Assembly (NCBI GenBank): GCA_032027045.1
Contig: JAVSMU010000001.1
Location: 2,309,112-2,373,111 of the forward strand
DNA from: Truepera sp.
GTDB lineage: Bacteria; Deinococcota; Deinococci; Deinococcales; Trueperaceae
Length of the DNA: 64,000 nt
Direction: 5' to 3'
Below, in pieces: positions 20,649-30,521 of this stretch. Positions within the stretch are counted from its first letter, which is position 1. Every line of letters starts with the position of its first letter. The notes below the pieces were generated by a model. That model was not told the DNA's origin, did no database searches, and saw only the letters and a program-made list of their open reading frames with translations. Made by a program: the position numbers and the translations under genes.

Positions 20649-22634
20649 ATGCGCACCGTCTCGTTCTCTCTGGCCGTACTTGTAGCGGTCATGTCACTCG
20701 CGCTGGCGCCTCGAGCCGCCGCCGAGAGCCACGTCGAGCTCATCCTCGACGCCTCCGGCTCCATGTTCAACAAGCTGGACGACGGCCGCTACCGGATAGT
20801 GGCAGCCAAGGACGTTCTCACCCAGCTGATCGCGGCGTTGCCGGAGACCGAGGGCCTCAACGTGGGCCTGCGAGTCTACGGCTCGGAACTCCGCGGGTCA
20901 GACCCGGGGTCGTGCGAGGACAGTCGGCTCTTCGTGCCGATAGACGGCGTGGACCGCCAGTTGCTGCTCGACACCGTGCGGAACACGCAGGCGCGCGGCT
21001 CGACTCCCATCGCGTACTCGCTGCAGCGCGCGGCCGAGGACTTGAGTGGCCGCACCGGCACCAAGGTCGTCGTGCTGATAACGGACGGCCTGGAGGCGTG
21101 CGGCGGCGACGTTCGCGGGGCGGCCGAGGCCCTCAAGGCGGCGGGCGTGGACCTCCGCATCATCGGCTTCGACCTGGACCCGCGTTCCGCCGCTAGCTTC
21201 GACGGCCTGGGCACGTTCGAGAACGCGGCGAGCGCCGCCGAACTCCTCTCGGCCCTCAACCGCGCGGTGGCGGTCGCGGCGACGGTGAAGGAGATCCCGA
21301 CTTACAAGGTCACGGTGACCCTCACGCGTGGGGGCGAGCCCGTCGCCGAAGGCGCCACCGTGACCTTCGTGCCCGCCTTGGGCGACGCCTCACAGGGAGA
21401 GGGCTTCAAGCCGAGCGGTAACGGCGTCTTCGAGGCGCTGCTGCCGGCCGGCAACTACAGCGCGCAGCTGGCCGACGCGTTCGCGGAAGAGCCCGTGCTG
21501 GTCACGGGTATCGTGGTCATGCCCGAGGCGCGGAACGAGTTCACGTTCGAGCTCGCGCCAAAGCTGAGCGTCACGCTGACCCCGGAGACGGGCACGCCGA
21601 ACGCGGGATCGATGCTCAGCGTGAGCTGGGAAGGCGCACCCACCACGGGCGACAGCTACATCGAACTCGGCGTCGAGGGCGAGGACCTCTACCTGGACAC
21701 CATGCCGGCGCCCGGTGAAGCGGGCACGGTCGAGTTCCGCCTCCCGATGGTGACGGGCCCGCTCGAACTGCGGTTCCTGGTCCCGGGTCCCGACAACTCC
21801 TGGCCGGTGGCCGGCCGAACCACTATCGATCTGCAGGAGGTCACGGCCAGCCTCGACGCCCCTGACGAGGCGACGGCGGGTTCCGTGATAGAGGTCGCCT
21901 GGACGGGTCCCGACAACAAGGACGACTACATCACCGTGGTCGAGGCCGGCGCCCCGGAAGGAACGTGGATGCAGTTCGCGTACACCTCGGAGGGCAACCC
22001 CGTGAGCCTCAGGCTCCCCGAGGAGGCCGGCGACTTCGAGCTTCGCTACCAGGACGGCTACCAGGACACGACCCTGGCCAGCCGCCCGCTGACCCTCACG
22101 CCACAGACTGCGAGCTTCGTCGGCCCGGCGACCGCCATGGCCGCCTCCCAGGTGGAGATCGAGGTGACGAGCAGCACCGGCAACCCCGACGACTACTTGA
22201 CGATCGTGCCGCCGACTGCGGAGGAGGGCGCGTACCTCGGCTTCACGTACGTGTCCGAGCCGGGCGTCTACTCGGTCACGGCCCCCGACGTCCCCGGGGA
22301 GTACGAGATTCGCTACCAGACCGGAGGCGAGGACAAGACGCTCGTCAGGCAGAAGATCACCCTCACCGAGGCCCACGCCACCCTCAGCGCGCCGGACGTG
22401 GTTGCGCCCGACGAGTTCTTCGACGTGACCTGGACGGGGCCGAACGGCGAGGGCGACTTCATCACCATCGTGCCGGTCGGCACGCCCGAGGGGGACTGGG
22501 GTTACAGCCTCAACACGAGCAGTGGCAGCACGCTGGAGCTCGAGGCGCCCGCCGAGCCGGGCGAGTACGAGGTGCGCTACGTCACGGGCATGAACACGTT
22601 GACGCTGGCGTCGAGGCCCATCACGGTCCGCTGA
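20649..22634 (+). CDS. secreted von Willebrand factor A domain protein with C-terminal tandem domain repeats
   Basis: Signal peptide MRTVSFSLAVLVAVMSLALAPRAAA. vWA metal-ion-binding site (MIDAS) ILDASGSMFNKL ... GSTPIAYSL ... VVLITDG. GAGGAG precedes the ATG. Confidence 0.85.
   Translation: MRTVSFSLAVLVAVMSLALAPRAAAESHVELILDASGSMFNKLDDGRYRIVAAKDVLTQLIAALPETEGLNVGLRVYGSELRGSDPGSCEDSRLFVPIDGVDRQLLLDTVRNTQARGSTPIAYSLQRAAEDLSGRTGTKVVVLITDGLEACGGDVRGAAEALKAAGVDLRIIGFDLDPRSAASFDGLGTFENAASAAELLSALNRAVAVAATVKEIPTYKVTVTLTRGGEPVAEGATVTFVPALGDASQGEGFKPSGNGVFEALLPAGNYSAQLADAFAEEPVLVTGIVVMPEARNEFTFELAPKLSVTLTPETGTPNAGSMLSVSWEGAPTTGDSYIELGVEGEDLYLDTMPAPGEAGTVEFRLPMVTGPLELRFLVPGPDNSWPVAGRTTIDLQEVTASLDAPDEATAGSVIEVAWTGPDNKDDYITVVEAGAPEGTWMQFAYTSEGNPVSLRLPEEAGDFELRYQDGYQDTTLASRPLTLTPQTASFVGPATAMAASQVEIEVTSSTGNPDDYLTIVPPTAEEGAYLGFTYVSEPGVYSVTAPDVPGEYEIRYQTGGEDKTLVRQKITLTEAHATLSAPDVVAPDEFFDVTWTGPNGEGDFITIVPVGTPEGDWGYSLNTSSGSTLELEAPAEPGEYEVRYVTGMNTLTLASRPITVR
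21561..22631 (+). repeat. four tandem ~87-94-aa protein-domain repeats inside the VWA gene
   Basis: Recurrent pattern V.W.GP...DDYITIV..G.PEG.W......SG..V.L..P..PGEYELRY. Unit starts are near 21561, 21842, 22104 and 22372. Confidence 0.6.
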
Positions 22635-22871
22635 CCTGGACCGCCGAGCCCAAGAGCCGGTCCCCAAGAACCCGATAGTCGGGGCCCGAGGACCCGCGAG
22701 CCCAGGCCCGCGGACTTGGGTATCGGACCCCGAGAGATCGGGAGTCGGATCCCGGGAGGTGGACGCCGACGAGCAACAAGCGTCCCCGACAACAACGCGC
22801 GGCCCTGGTATCGTGACGGGGCCGCGCGTTGCCGCCTTGGCGCGAGCGTGCGGCACCTGGAGGGACCCCAC

Positions 22872-24947
22872 ATGCCAGACCTCACTGCCCAGACCGACTT
22901 CGCGCTTGCCCAACGCTCCATAGACACCATCCGCGCCCTGACCGTAGACGCGACCCAGGCTTCGGGCGACGGCCACCCGGGCATGCCGATGGGCTCGGCG
23001 GGCATGGGTTACACGCTCTTCGCGCAGGCCATGCGCTACAACCCGAAGGATCCCAAGTGGCCCAACCGCGACCGCTACGTCCAGTCGGCCGGCCACGGCT
23101 CCATGCTCATCTACTCGCTACTGCACCTCACGGGCTACGACCTCCCGATGGAGGAGCTCAAGCGCTACAGGCAGTGGGGCTCGCGCACGCCCGGCCACCC
23201 CGAGTACGGTCACACGGCCGGCGTCGAGACGACCACCGGTCCCCTCGGCCAGGGGATCAGCACGGCGGTCGGGATGGCGCTGGCGGAGGCCCACCTGGCG
23301 GCGCGGTACAACCGGCCCGGCTTCGAGGTGGTCGACCACTTCACCTACGTCATCGCCTCCGACGGCGACCTCATGGAGGGCATCTCGAGCGAGGCCTCGT
23401 CGTTCGCGGGTCATCATGGCCTCGGCAAGCTGATCGTGCTGTACGACGACAACGGCATCTCCATCGACGGCTCCACGGGCATCACGTTCACCGAGGACGT
23501 CCCGGCGCGCTACCGCGCTTACGGCTGGCACGTGCAGGAGGTCGACGACGGCAACGACGTGGGGGCGCTCACGCAGGCCATCGCGGCGGCTCGCAACGAG
23601 CCCGCGCGCCCCAGCTTCATCGCCGTGCGCACGGTCATCGGCTACGGCTCTCCGCACCTGGCGGGCACCTCCAAGGTCCACGGCTCCGTGTTGGGCGAGG
23701 AGGAGGCCGCGGCGACCAAGGAGAACCTGGGCATAGACTGGCCGGCCTTCACCGTCCCGGAGGACGTTCTGACCCACATGCGCGGCGCCGTGGAGCGTGG
23801 AGCGCGCGACCAGGCGGAATGGGAGGCCATGTTCGAGCGTTACCGCGCCGCCCACCCCGAGCTGGCGGCCGAGTTCGAGCGCGTCATGGTAGGCGAGTTG
23901 CCGGCGGGCTTCGATCGAGACCTGCCCAGCTTCCCCGTGGGTAAGAGCCTGGCGACCCGCAAGGCGTCGCACGACGCCATCAACGTGCTGGCCAAGCGCA
24001 TGCCGGAGCTCGTCGGCGGCTCGGCGGACCTCGCCGGGTCCAACTACACCGACATAGAGGGTGAGACGGCCATGCGCGCGGGCGATTACGCGGGCCGCAT
24101 CATCCACTTCGGCATCCGCGAACACTCCATGGCCGCCATAGGCAACGGCCTCATCTTGCATGGGGGGCTAAGGCCGTTCGTGGCCACCTTCCTGATCTTC
24201 TCCGACTACCTGCGGCCCGCGCTGCGCCTCTCGGCGCTGATGGGCCAGGGCGTCGTCTACGACTTCACGCACGACAGCATCGGCCTGGGCGGCGACGGCC
24301 CCACGCACCAGCCCATCGGCGAGCTGATGGCCCTGCGCATGATGCCCGACCTGGACGTCATCAGGCCGGCCGACGCCAACGAGACCTCGCAAGCCTGGGC
24401 CCACGCCATCGCGTCTCGTTCACACCCCACGGCCTTCGCGCTCACGCGCCAGAACGTGCCCAACCTCGACGTTCCCGCCGGGGCGGTGGCGCGTGGCGCC
24501 TACGTGTTGGCGGAGGCCGGCGCGGCCGGTGGGCTTGCCGAGGGCGGGGCGGGCGCGACGGCAGGCCAACCCAGCGAGGCGGCGGACCCCGAGCTGCTCC
24601 TCATTGGGACGGGTTCGGAGGTTCAGCTATGCCTCGCCGCGCGCGACGTGCTCGAGGCCGAGGGCGTGCGCACGCGCGTGATCAGCATGCCTAGCATGGA
24701 GATCTTCGAGCGGCAGGAGCCGGACTACAAGGAAGCCGTCCTGCCCGCGGGGGTCCGCGCCCGCGTGACCGTGGAGGCCGGCGCCACCCTGGGCTGGGAG
24801 CGCTACGCCGGCGACCTGGGGGAGATCATCGGCGTCGACCGCTTCGGCGCATCTGCACCCGGCGACGTGGTCATGCGCGAGTACGGCTTCACCGCCGAGC
24901 ACGTCGTCGAGGCGGCGCGCCGGACGCTGGCCCGCGCGCGGGCCTGA
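22872..24947 (+). CDS. tkt: transketolase
   Basis: [40 protein letters not shown] and [22 protein letters not shown] motifs. ATG 22872 follows GGAGGGA. Confidence 0.92.
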   Translation: MPDLTAQTDFALAQRSIDTIRALTVDATQASGDGHPGMPMGSAGMGYTLFAQAMRYNPKDPKWPNRDRYVQSAGHGSMLIYSLLHLTGYDLPMEELKRYRQWGSRTPGHPEYGHTAGVETTTGPLGQGISTAVGMALAEAHLAARYNRPGFEVVDHFTYVIASDGDLMEGISSEASSFAGHHGLGKLIVLYDDNGISIDGSTGITFTEDVPARYRAYGWHVQEVDDGNDVGALTQAIAAARNEPARPSFIAVRTVIGYGSPHLAGTSKVHGSVLGEEEAAATKENLGIDWPAFTVPEDVLTHMRGAVERGARDQAEWEAMFERYRAAHPELAAEFERVMVGELPAGFDRDLPSFPVGKSLATRKASHDAINVLAKRMPELVGGSADLAGSNYTDIEGETAMRAGDYAGRIIHFGIREHSMAAIGNGLILHGGLRPFVATFLIFSDYLRPALRLSALMGQGVVYDFTHDSIGLGGDGPTHQPIGELMALRMMPDLDVIRPADANETSQAWAHAIASRSHPTAFALTRQNVPNLDVPAGAVARGAYVLAEAGAAGGLAEGGAGATAGQPSEAADPELLLIGTGSEVQLCLAARDVLEAEGVRTRVISMPSMEIFERQEPDYKEAVLPAGVRARVTVEAGATLGWERYAGDLGEIIGVDRFGASAPGDVVMREYGFTAEHVVEAARRTLARARA

Positions 24948-25258
24948 CCTTCGCCCGGAGAGAACCAAGGGGAAGCGCGGCGGACGGCGATAGCGCTTCA
25001 GGGCCCTGCCGCCGCGCGCCCGGCGCTTCCCCTCCTAGTGCCGCTAACCCGCCACTAATGGGATATGCCTTACACTGCCCTTCGTGCCTCGATTCCCACG
25101 TCACTGGGCGCCGCAGCAACGAGCGGCGTCGAGGCTGCCAACGTCGGGCCCTGCCACGGAGCAGCACTAGCGCCAGCGCCCGAGACGAGACCGCAAACCG
25201 CACAGCGCACGCCGGTCCCCGCGCTTAGGCTAGTGGCGCGAACCGCTCAGGAGGAACG

Positions 25259-27001
25259 ATGAACCGCAATGGAAGACGACCTACATCTGCCCGGCCGCTA
25301 AGAAGTCTGGTCGCCGTGCTCGTCGCAGCAGCATTTCTCGCGGCGGCAACGGCTCAGTCGCTGGCGGCACTACTCCCATCCGAGACCCTCGCAGCCGTCG
25401 GGGTGCAGGGCCTCGCCCAGCACAAGGACCAGTTGCAGCCGTTCATCGACGAGTGGGACCGGCTCGGCCTCACGGATCTGCTGGAGCAGAGCGGAGGCGA
25501 TGCGGTCGGCGACGAGATTCCTGCCGACCTGCAAGGGATGAACCTCTTCGACGTCCTCGGTGACGAGGTGTGGATCGGCGTATCCGCCTCGAGCGTCAGC
25601 CCCGTCCCTGCGGTGACGGTGGTGGGGCGCATGTCCGACAAGGCGGCCGCTCTCCTGAGCAGCAGCTTGGCCGAGGAGAACGCCGGCAGTGAGGTGCAGA
25701 CGCTCACCGAGGGCAAGATCGAGTTCAAGGTCTACACATCAGACGACGACGAGATGCCCGTCGCCATGGCCCAGGACGGGAACTTCCTGGCCTTCTCCAC
25801 CAACCCCGACGCCTTGCGCGGCGTGCTGCGCCGCTACCAGGGCGCCAAAGAGCCCAACTTCACCGACTCCAAGACCTACTCCTCCACCCTGGCCGCCATC
25901 TCCCCGGCGCTCGTGTCCTTCGTGATCGACCTGCCGGCGGTGGTGGACGTGGTCATGCCGTTCGCGAAAGGCATGGGCTTCGACCAGAGTGCCCAACGCG
26001 TCGCGAACATGCTCAAGACCATGGGCGTCTTCGCCACCACCGTTCGGCTCACGGACGCCGGCGTCGAGACCCTGTCGCTGCACGCCCTAGGCGACCGTTC
26101 CCTCGACCCGGCCCTCTTCGACCTGCTTTCGAACAAGACCGGGTACCCAAGTGCGGTCCTGAGCTTCGTTCCCGACTCGGCGGTGGGAGTCCAGGCCGGC
26201 GCCACGGACATCCCCGCCATCTGGGCCTACCTGAACCAGCTCGTGGGTCAGCTGCCCGAGCTTGGCATAAGTGACCTCGACTCGTTCATCAGCGATAACC
26301 TGGGGCTGGACCTCAACCTCATGCTCTTCGGCTGGATGGGCCCCGGCACGGCCAGCATCACCATCAGCAGCCCCGCGGCCACCCAACCGGGCATCACGCC
26401 CGAGAACCTCCTCGGCGACTCCGTTTACCTGGTGGCCGTCAAGGACGAGGCCGCCGCTGCGGCCGGGCTCTCGCAGTTCCTGACCATGGCGACCTCCATG
26501 GGCGCGTCGTTCGTTGCGCCCGACAGCGATTCCGGGATGGTCCAGCCCACCACGCGCCAGTCGTCGGGCGTAGACGTGACGTCGTACGCGGTCGGCGACG
26601 GCCTCACGTTCGAGACGGCGTTCACGGACGGCTACCTGCTCATCGCGACGTCCAGCGGGGCCATGGACGCTTCACTCGCCGCGCATGCCAGTCACCGCAG
26701 CGGCCTGGCGGGCGCGCTCGCCCCGCTGCAGAAGAACGTGCCTGCGGGCGCCACGACCATGGCGCTCTCGAACGACCAGGCAAGCCTGCGGACGCTGGCC
26801 GACACGCTGCTCTCGCAGCTTGGCCTGGCGGCCGGCATGACCGGCAGCGAGGACCTCGACTTCGACGCGGTGGAGGCCACGGGCGACGCCCTCACCCAGT
26901 TCGTCAACTTCGTCGCCGACCGCCTCGGCGGCTCGTACTCCTACCAGGTACCCGACGGAAACGTGATTCGCGGCTACGGCCTGCTGAGCGTCACCTGGTA
27001 G
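25259..27001 (+). CDS. secreted protein of unknown function (possibly DUF3352-like)
   Basis: 580 aa. Signal peptide ...LVAVLVAAAFLAAATAQS. AGGAGG precedes the ATG. The family guess is from memory only. Confidence 0.65.
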   Translation: MNRNGRRPTSARPLRSLVAVLVAAAFLAAATAQSLAALLPSETLAAVGVQGLAQHKDQLQPFIDEWDRLGLTDLLEQSGGDAVGDEIPADLQGMNLFDVLGDEVWIGVSASSVSPVPAVTVVGRMSDKAAALLSSSLAEENAGSEVQTLTEGKIEFKVYTSDDDEMPVAMAQDGNFLAFSTNPDALRGVLRRYQGAKEPNFTDSKTYSSTLAAISPALVSFVIDLPAVVDVVMPFAKGMGFDQSAQRVANMLKTMGVFATTVRLTDAGVETLSLHALGDRSLDPALFDLLSNKTGYPSAVLSFVPDSAVGVQAGATDIPAIWAYLNQLVGQLPELGISDLDSFISDNLGLDLNLMLFGWMGPGTASITISSPAATQPGITPENLLGDSVYLVAVKDEAAAAAGLSQFLTMATSMGASFVAPDSDSGMVQPTTRQSSGVDVTSYAVGDGLTFETAFTDGYLLIATSSGAMDASLAAHASHRSGLAGALAPLQKNVPAGATTMALSNDQASLRTLADTLLSQLGLAAGMTGSEDLDFDAVEATGDALTQFVNFVADRLGGSYSYQVPDGNVIRGYGLLSVTW

Positions 27002-27037
27002 TCCGGGGCCGTAACGCCTGGTAACGACTAAGCGCTC

Positions 27038-27727
27038 CTACCCTGGTGGCGCACCGACCGGCGAGCGAGCATAGAGCTCCTCCCAGAGGTGCGTCACCTC
27101 TTGCTTCAGGGCCTCGGGCGTGCCCGAGTTGTCGACAACGTAGTCGGCGCGCCGCGCCTTCTCGTCCAGGGGCAGCTGCGCTGCGTCACGCGCCAGCGCG
27201 TCGGCGCGGCTCATGCCGGAACGTCGGGCCAGCCGCGCCAACCGCGCTTCCAGCGGGGCGTACACCACCACCACCACGTCCACGTCCGCGTCCAGCCCCA
27301 CCTCGAAGAGCAGGGGTACGTCATGGACGACGACGCGTGGCATGGGCGAGGCGGCCGCCGCCTCCGCGTCCAGCCGCCGCCGCCGCTCGGCGACCCAGGG
27401 ATGAACGATGCCGTCCAACAGGGCGCGAGCCGCCGGGTCTTCGAACACTCGGCGGGCCGTGGCGGCGCGGTCGAGCGCCCCCGCGACGACGAGTTCCGAC
27501 CCCAGCTGCTGCCGTATCCGCTCGAGGACGGCGGGATCGTCGGTGGCCTGGCGCGCCAACGCGTCGGCGTCGATGACGACCGCGCCGCGCGCAGCCAACA
27601 ACCTCGCCACGCTCGACTTCCCGGAACCGATGTTGCCCGTAAGCCCCACGCGCAAGGGGCGCCCCCGGCCGTCTAGAGTAGGGCCAAGGGAGGCGCGCGC
27701 GGTGTCCGTTCCTGACTTGCTCGACAC
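27038..27727 (-). CDS. coaE: dephospho-CoA kinase
   Basis: P-loop VGLTGNIGSGKSSVARLL and VIDADALARQ. GTG 27727 lies 6 nt after a TAAACT box. Shorter starts (TTG 27655 / GTG 27649) are possible. Confidence 0.8.
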   Translation of the reverse strand: MSSKSGTDTARASLGPTLDGRGRPLRVGLTGNIGSGKSSVARLLAARGAVVIDADALARQATDDPAVLERIRQQLGSELVVAGALDRAATARRVFEDPAARALLDGIVHPWVAERRRRLDAEAAAASPMPRVVVHDVPLLFEVGLDADVDVVVVVYAPLEARLARLARRSGMSRADALARDAAQLPLDEKARRADYVVDNSGTPEALKQEVTHLWEELYARSPVGAPPG

Positions 27728-27737
27728 GCGTCAGTTT

Positions 27738-29051
27738 ATGCCGTGGCCGGAGGGTGCCGCCTTGGTGGGCGGGGCGGTGCGCGACGCGCTGCTGGGCCGG
27801 CCCGCCACGGACCTCGACTGGTTGGTGGCAGACCCAGCGGCAAGCTCGCGGAGGCACGCCGAGCTGCTGGGCGGTTCTCGTTTCCTCATGGACGAAGAGA
27901 GGCGCCACTGGCGCGTTGCACTGCCTCACGGCGCCGTTCACGACTTCGTTCCCCTGAGAGCTGGGGCAAGGTCCCTCGAGGAGGACCTCCGGCTCCGCGA
28001 CCTCACCTTCAACGCCATGGCGCTCACTGAAGCCGGCACGCTGGTAGACCCTACGGGCGGCCGCCAGGACTTGGGCCGCAAGTTGGTGCGCATGACTTCC
28101 CTCGCGTGTCTCAACGCCGACGCGGTGCGGCCCTTGAGGGTGGTGCGTTTCGCCGCGACACTCGCGTTCGACATCGAAGACGAGACCCGGGCGGGCGCAA
28201 GGGAGGCCTTCGAGGCGCAGCGCGGCGGCCACGCGCCTGCGCCCGCTTGGGAGCGCGTCAGCGCTGAGCTGCAGGCCATCGTCGCGTCGCGTTACGCGGC
28301 GCGCGGCTTCGCGTTGCTCAAGGCGTCGGGTGGCATGGCGCTCTACCTGCCGGAGCTCGAGCTGGGCCGCGGCGTGAACCAGGGCGCGTTGCACCATCTC
28401 GACGTGCTCGACCACCAGCTCGAGACCCTGAACCAGTTGCTTCAGGGCTTCCCCGACGCGGGGCCGGCGCTGCGTTGGGCGGCGCTCTTGCACGACGTCG
28501 GCAAGCCTGCCTGCGTGGGTCGGTCGCCCGCGGGAACCCCGACCTTCTACGGTCACGACAAGGTCGGTTCGGAGATGGTGCGGGAACTGTTGCAGCGCCT
28601 CAGGCTGCCGAACGACCTGGTATCCAAGGCGACGGCGTTGGTGCGCTACCACATGCTGCCCCTGCCGCGCGGCGAACGCGCAGTGAGGCGCTTCGTTCAC
28701 CGCAGGAACGAACTGCTCCCCGACCTCCTCAAGCTCATGCTGGCCGACCGCGAGGCGGCGCGGGGCCGCGCGGCGCACGAGCAGGCGCGCGTGGCGTACC
28801 GCATCCAGGTGTCGTCGGTGTTGGCGGAGCTGGAGACCCAGCCGAGCACCCCCCCGCTCATGAACGGTGACGAGGTGATGGCGCTGCTCGGTATCGAGCC
28901 CGGCCCGCGAGTGGGCGAGTCGCTGGCGCTACTCAGCGAGTCTCAGGCGCTGGGGGACGTTCGTGACCGCGGCGACGCCGAGGCCCTGCTCCTGCGCTAC
29001 GCGGCCGCGCAAGGTTGGACGCGTGAACGCGCCGCTTCGCGCCAACGCTAA
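27738..29051 (+). CDS. cca: CCA-adding tRNA nucleotidyltransferase (PolyA-pol head + HD domain)
   Basis: [29 protein letters not shown] and LLHDVGKP. The track ORF from 27408 is over-extended across coaE. Confidence 0.8.
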   Translation: MPWPEGAALVGGAVRDALLGRPATDLDWLVADPAASSRRHAELLGGSRFLMDEERRHWRVALPHGAVHDFVPLRAGARSLEEDLRLRDLTFNAMALTEAGTLVDPTGGRQDLGRKLVRMTSLACLNADAVRPLRVVRFAATLAFDIEDETRAGAREAFEAQRGGHAPAPAWERVSAELQAIVASRYAARGFALLKASGGMALYLPELELGRGVNQGALHHLDVLDHQLETLNQLLQGFPDAGPALRWAALLHDVGKPACVGRSPAGTPTFYGHDKVGSEMVRELLQRLRLPNDLVSKATALVRYHMLPLPRGERAVRRFVHRRNELLPDLLKLMLADREAARGRAAHEQARVAYRIQVSSVLAELETQPSTPPLMNGDEVMALLGIEPGPRVGESLALLSESQALGDVRDRGDAEALLLRYAAAQGWTRERAASRQR

Positions 29052-29551
29052 GCCCGCTTGACTTTGCTCGGCGCTAGACCGGGCCGCGCTGCAAGGCCCT
29101 TGAGCAGGGTGACCATCTCGGTGGCTGCGGCCGCGGCTTCGGCTCCCTTGTTGCCTGCCTTGCCGCCCGCGCGGTCGAGGGCCTGTTCCATGGTGTCGGT
29201 GGTCACCACGCCGAAGATCACCGGCACGCCGGTGCGTTGGCCGGCCTGCGCCACGCCGCTCGCCACCATGCTGCAGACGTGATCGTAATGGCTCGTCTCG
29301 CCCCTTACGACGGCGCCCAGCGCGATCACGGTGTCGAAGCCGCCCGAGGCGGCCATCTTCTCGGCCACCAGCGGGATCTCGACGGCGCCCGGGACCCACG
29401 CCACGGCGATAGCCTGCTCGTCGGCGCCCATGCGCTTCAGGGCGTCGAGCGCGCCGCTCAGGAGCCGAGCGGTGACGAGTTCGTTGAACCGGCTGACGAC
29501 CACGCCGAAGCGCAGGCCCGTGGCTGCAAGGGTACCTTCGTACACTCTCAT
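29048..29551 (-). CDS. ribH: 6,7-dimethyl-8-ribityllumazine synthase
   Basis: [20 protein letters not shown]..., WVPGAVEIP and [14 protein letters not shown]. Confidence 0.92.
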   Translation of the reverse strand: MRVYEGTLAATGLRFGVVVSRFNELVTARLLSGALDALKRMGADEQAIAVAWVPGAVEIPLVAEKMAASGGFDTVIALGAVVRGETSHYDHVCSMVASGVAQAGQRTGVPVIFGVVTTDTMEQALDRAGGKAGNKGAEAAAAATEMVTLLKGLAARPGLAPSKVKRA

Positions 29552-29576
29552 GCCTGCCAGCTTAGCTGCCGGTGAG

Positions 29577-30164
29577 CTACTGGAGGACTACGTCGAGGAC
29601 GATGTCGTCGACCGAGGACTGGACAGCGTAGGTCGCCTCTTCGTCCGGGAAACGCACGGTGAAGACGTTCCAACCGGGTTGAAGCGACAGCTCGCTACCG
29701 CTTCCTGCGATGGTGGCGGCCTTGTCGACGTAGAGCAGCGTGAAGAAGCCGACCGGCGACTCGAGGCTGGCGATGCCGATGTAGAAGCGGTCCACCACGC
29801 GGTCGAACACGTGGTTGCCGTTCTGATCGACGTACATGTTGAAACGGCCCACGGCGACGTTGACGTCGTCGGGGCTCACGCGGTACTCGTTCTGGAGGCC
29901 CGGGAGGATGACGCTCCCCGAGCGGAAGGGCTTGAGTTGGTCTTCGGGCAATGGCCCCGGTGTCACGCGGAACGTGCCACCCACCGGCTCGACCGACGCC
30001 ACCTCCAGGCCCCAGACGTTGTCGACGTCGACAACGTGGATGGCCACGCGGGTGCCCTCTGCCAGCGGCCCATCACTCTTCACGATGCCGCTCATGACCG
30101 CGCCCGTCTGCGCCGAGGCCAACGCGACCAGCGCAAGCAGGGCGGTGAGAAGTAGTCGTTTCAT
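29577..30164 (-). CDS. secreted hypothetical protein
   Basis: Begins [21 protein letters not shown] (signal peptide). 195 aa and beta-rich. Start trimmed from the track ORF 29577..30320. Confidence 0.6.
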   Translation of the reverse strand: MKRLLLTALLALVALASAQTGAVMSGIVKSDGPLAEGTRVAIHVVDVDNVWGLEVASVEPVGGTFRVTPGPLPEDQLKPFRSGSVILPGLQNEYRVSPDDVNVAVGRFNMYVDQNGNHVFDRVVDRFYIGIASLESPVGFFTLLYVDKAATIAGSGSELSLQPGWNVFTVRFPDEEATYAVQSSVDDIVLDVVLQ

Positions 30165-30388
30165 TGCACGCTCCAAGTGTTCAAGATTAGCACGCCGGTA
30201 CCCTATTTCCGGGCAAGCTCGAGCGTGAGCCCCGCGGCGCTCGGCGACCGTCGCGGCCGCGTGCCGAAGGTAGTGAGTGAGGCTCATACGCCTGTTCTCG
30301 CGGTTGCCTTCACGTCGCAACAGGTCATATCACATCTTCCGATAAGGCCGGTGCCTCCTGGGTGAGTGCCGTGCCGCCCCGTTTCATC

Positions 30389-30492
30389 GGGCCCTCACGC
30401 AGCGCGTCCTCACGAACGGGCCCTCGCGCAGCGGACCCCAACGCAGCGGGCCCTCACGCAGCGGGCCCTAACGCATGAAGCCCCCAACGCGA
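30389..30492. repeat. 15-nt tandem repeat, ~7 copies (consensus GGGCCCTCACGCAGC)
   Basis: Units begin at 30389, 30404 (14 nt), 30418, 30433, 30448, 30463 and 30478. It is intergenic, just downstream of the galE stop. Confidence 0.8.
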
Positions 30493-30521
30493 GGAGTGGG
30501 GCAGTAGCGGCTCGGTCTTGT

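Noticed and set aside
22635-22871. Apparent ~10-nt periodic GC-rich pattern (cgagccc / cgaggaccc / ccgagag) upstream of tkt, and a similar agcctgg recurrence at 12686-12780.
   Set aside because: The units are too degenerate to define a repeat by eye. This is probably just compositional bias and would need a formal tandem-repeat score.
25065-25262. 65-codon ORF whose TGA overlaps the ATG of the 25259 gene (ATGA).
   Set aside because: Many A/T third positions, unlike all real genes here. It has no RBS. It lies in a region better explained as the tkt terminator hairpin (about 24968-25035) plus a promoter.
30177-30365. 62-codon plus-strand ORF between the secreted-protein gene and the 15-nt repeat.
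   Set aside because: Mixed GC3, GTG start without RBS or -10, and it overlaps the likely promoter/5-prime region of the minus-strand gene.
30389-30492. Possible CRISPR arrays: the tandem repeats at 30389-30492, 33851-33930 and 45010-45113.
   Set aside because: The units are directly adjacent with no unique spacers, copy numbers are low, and no cas genes are present.
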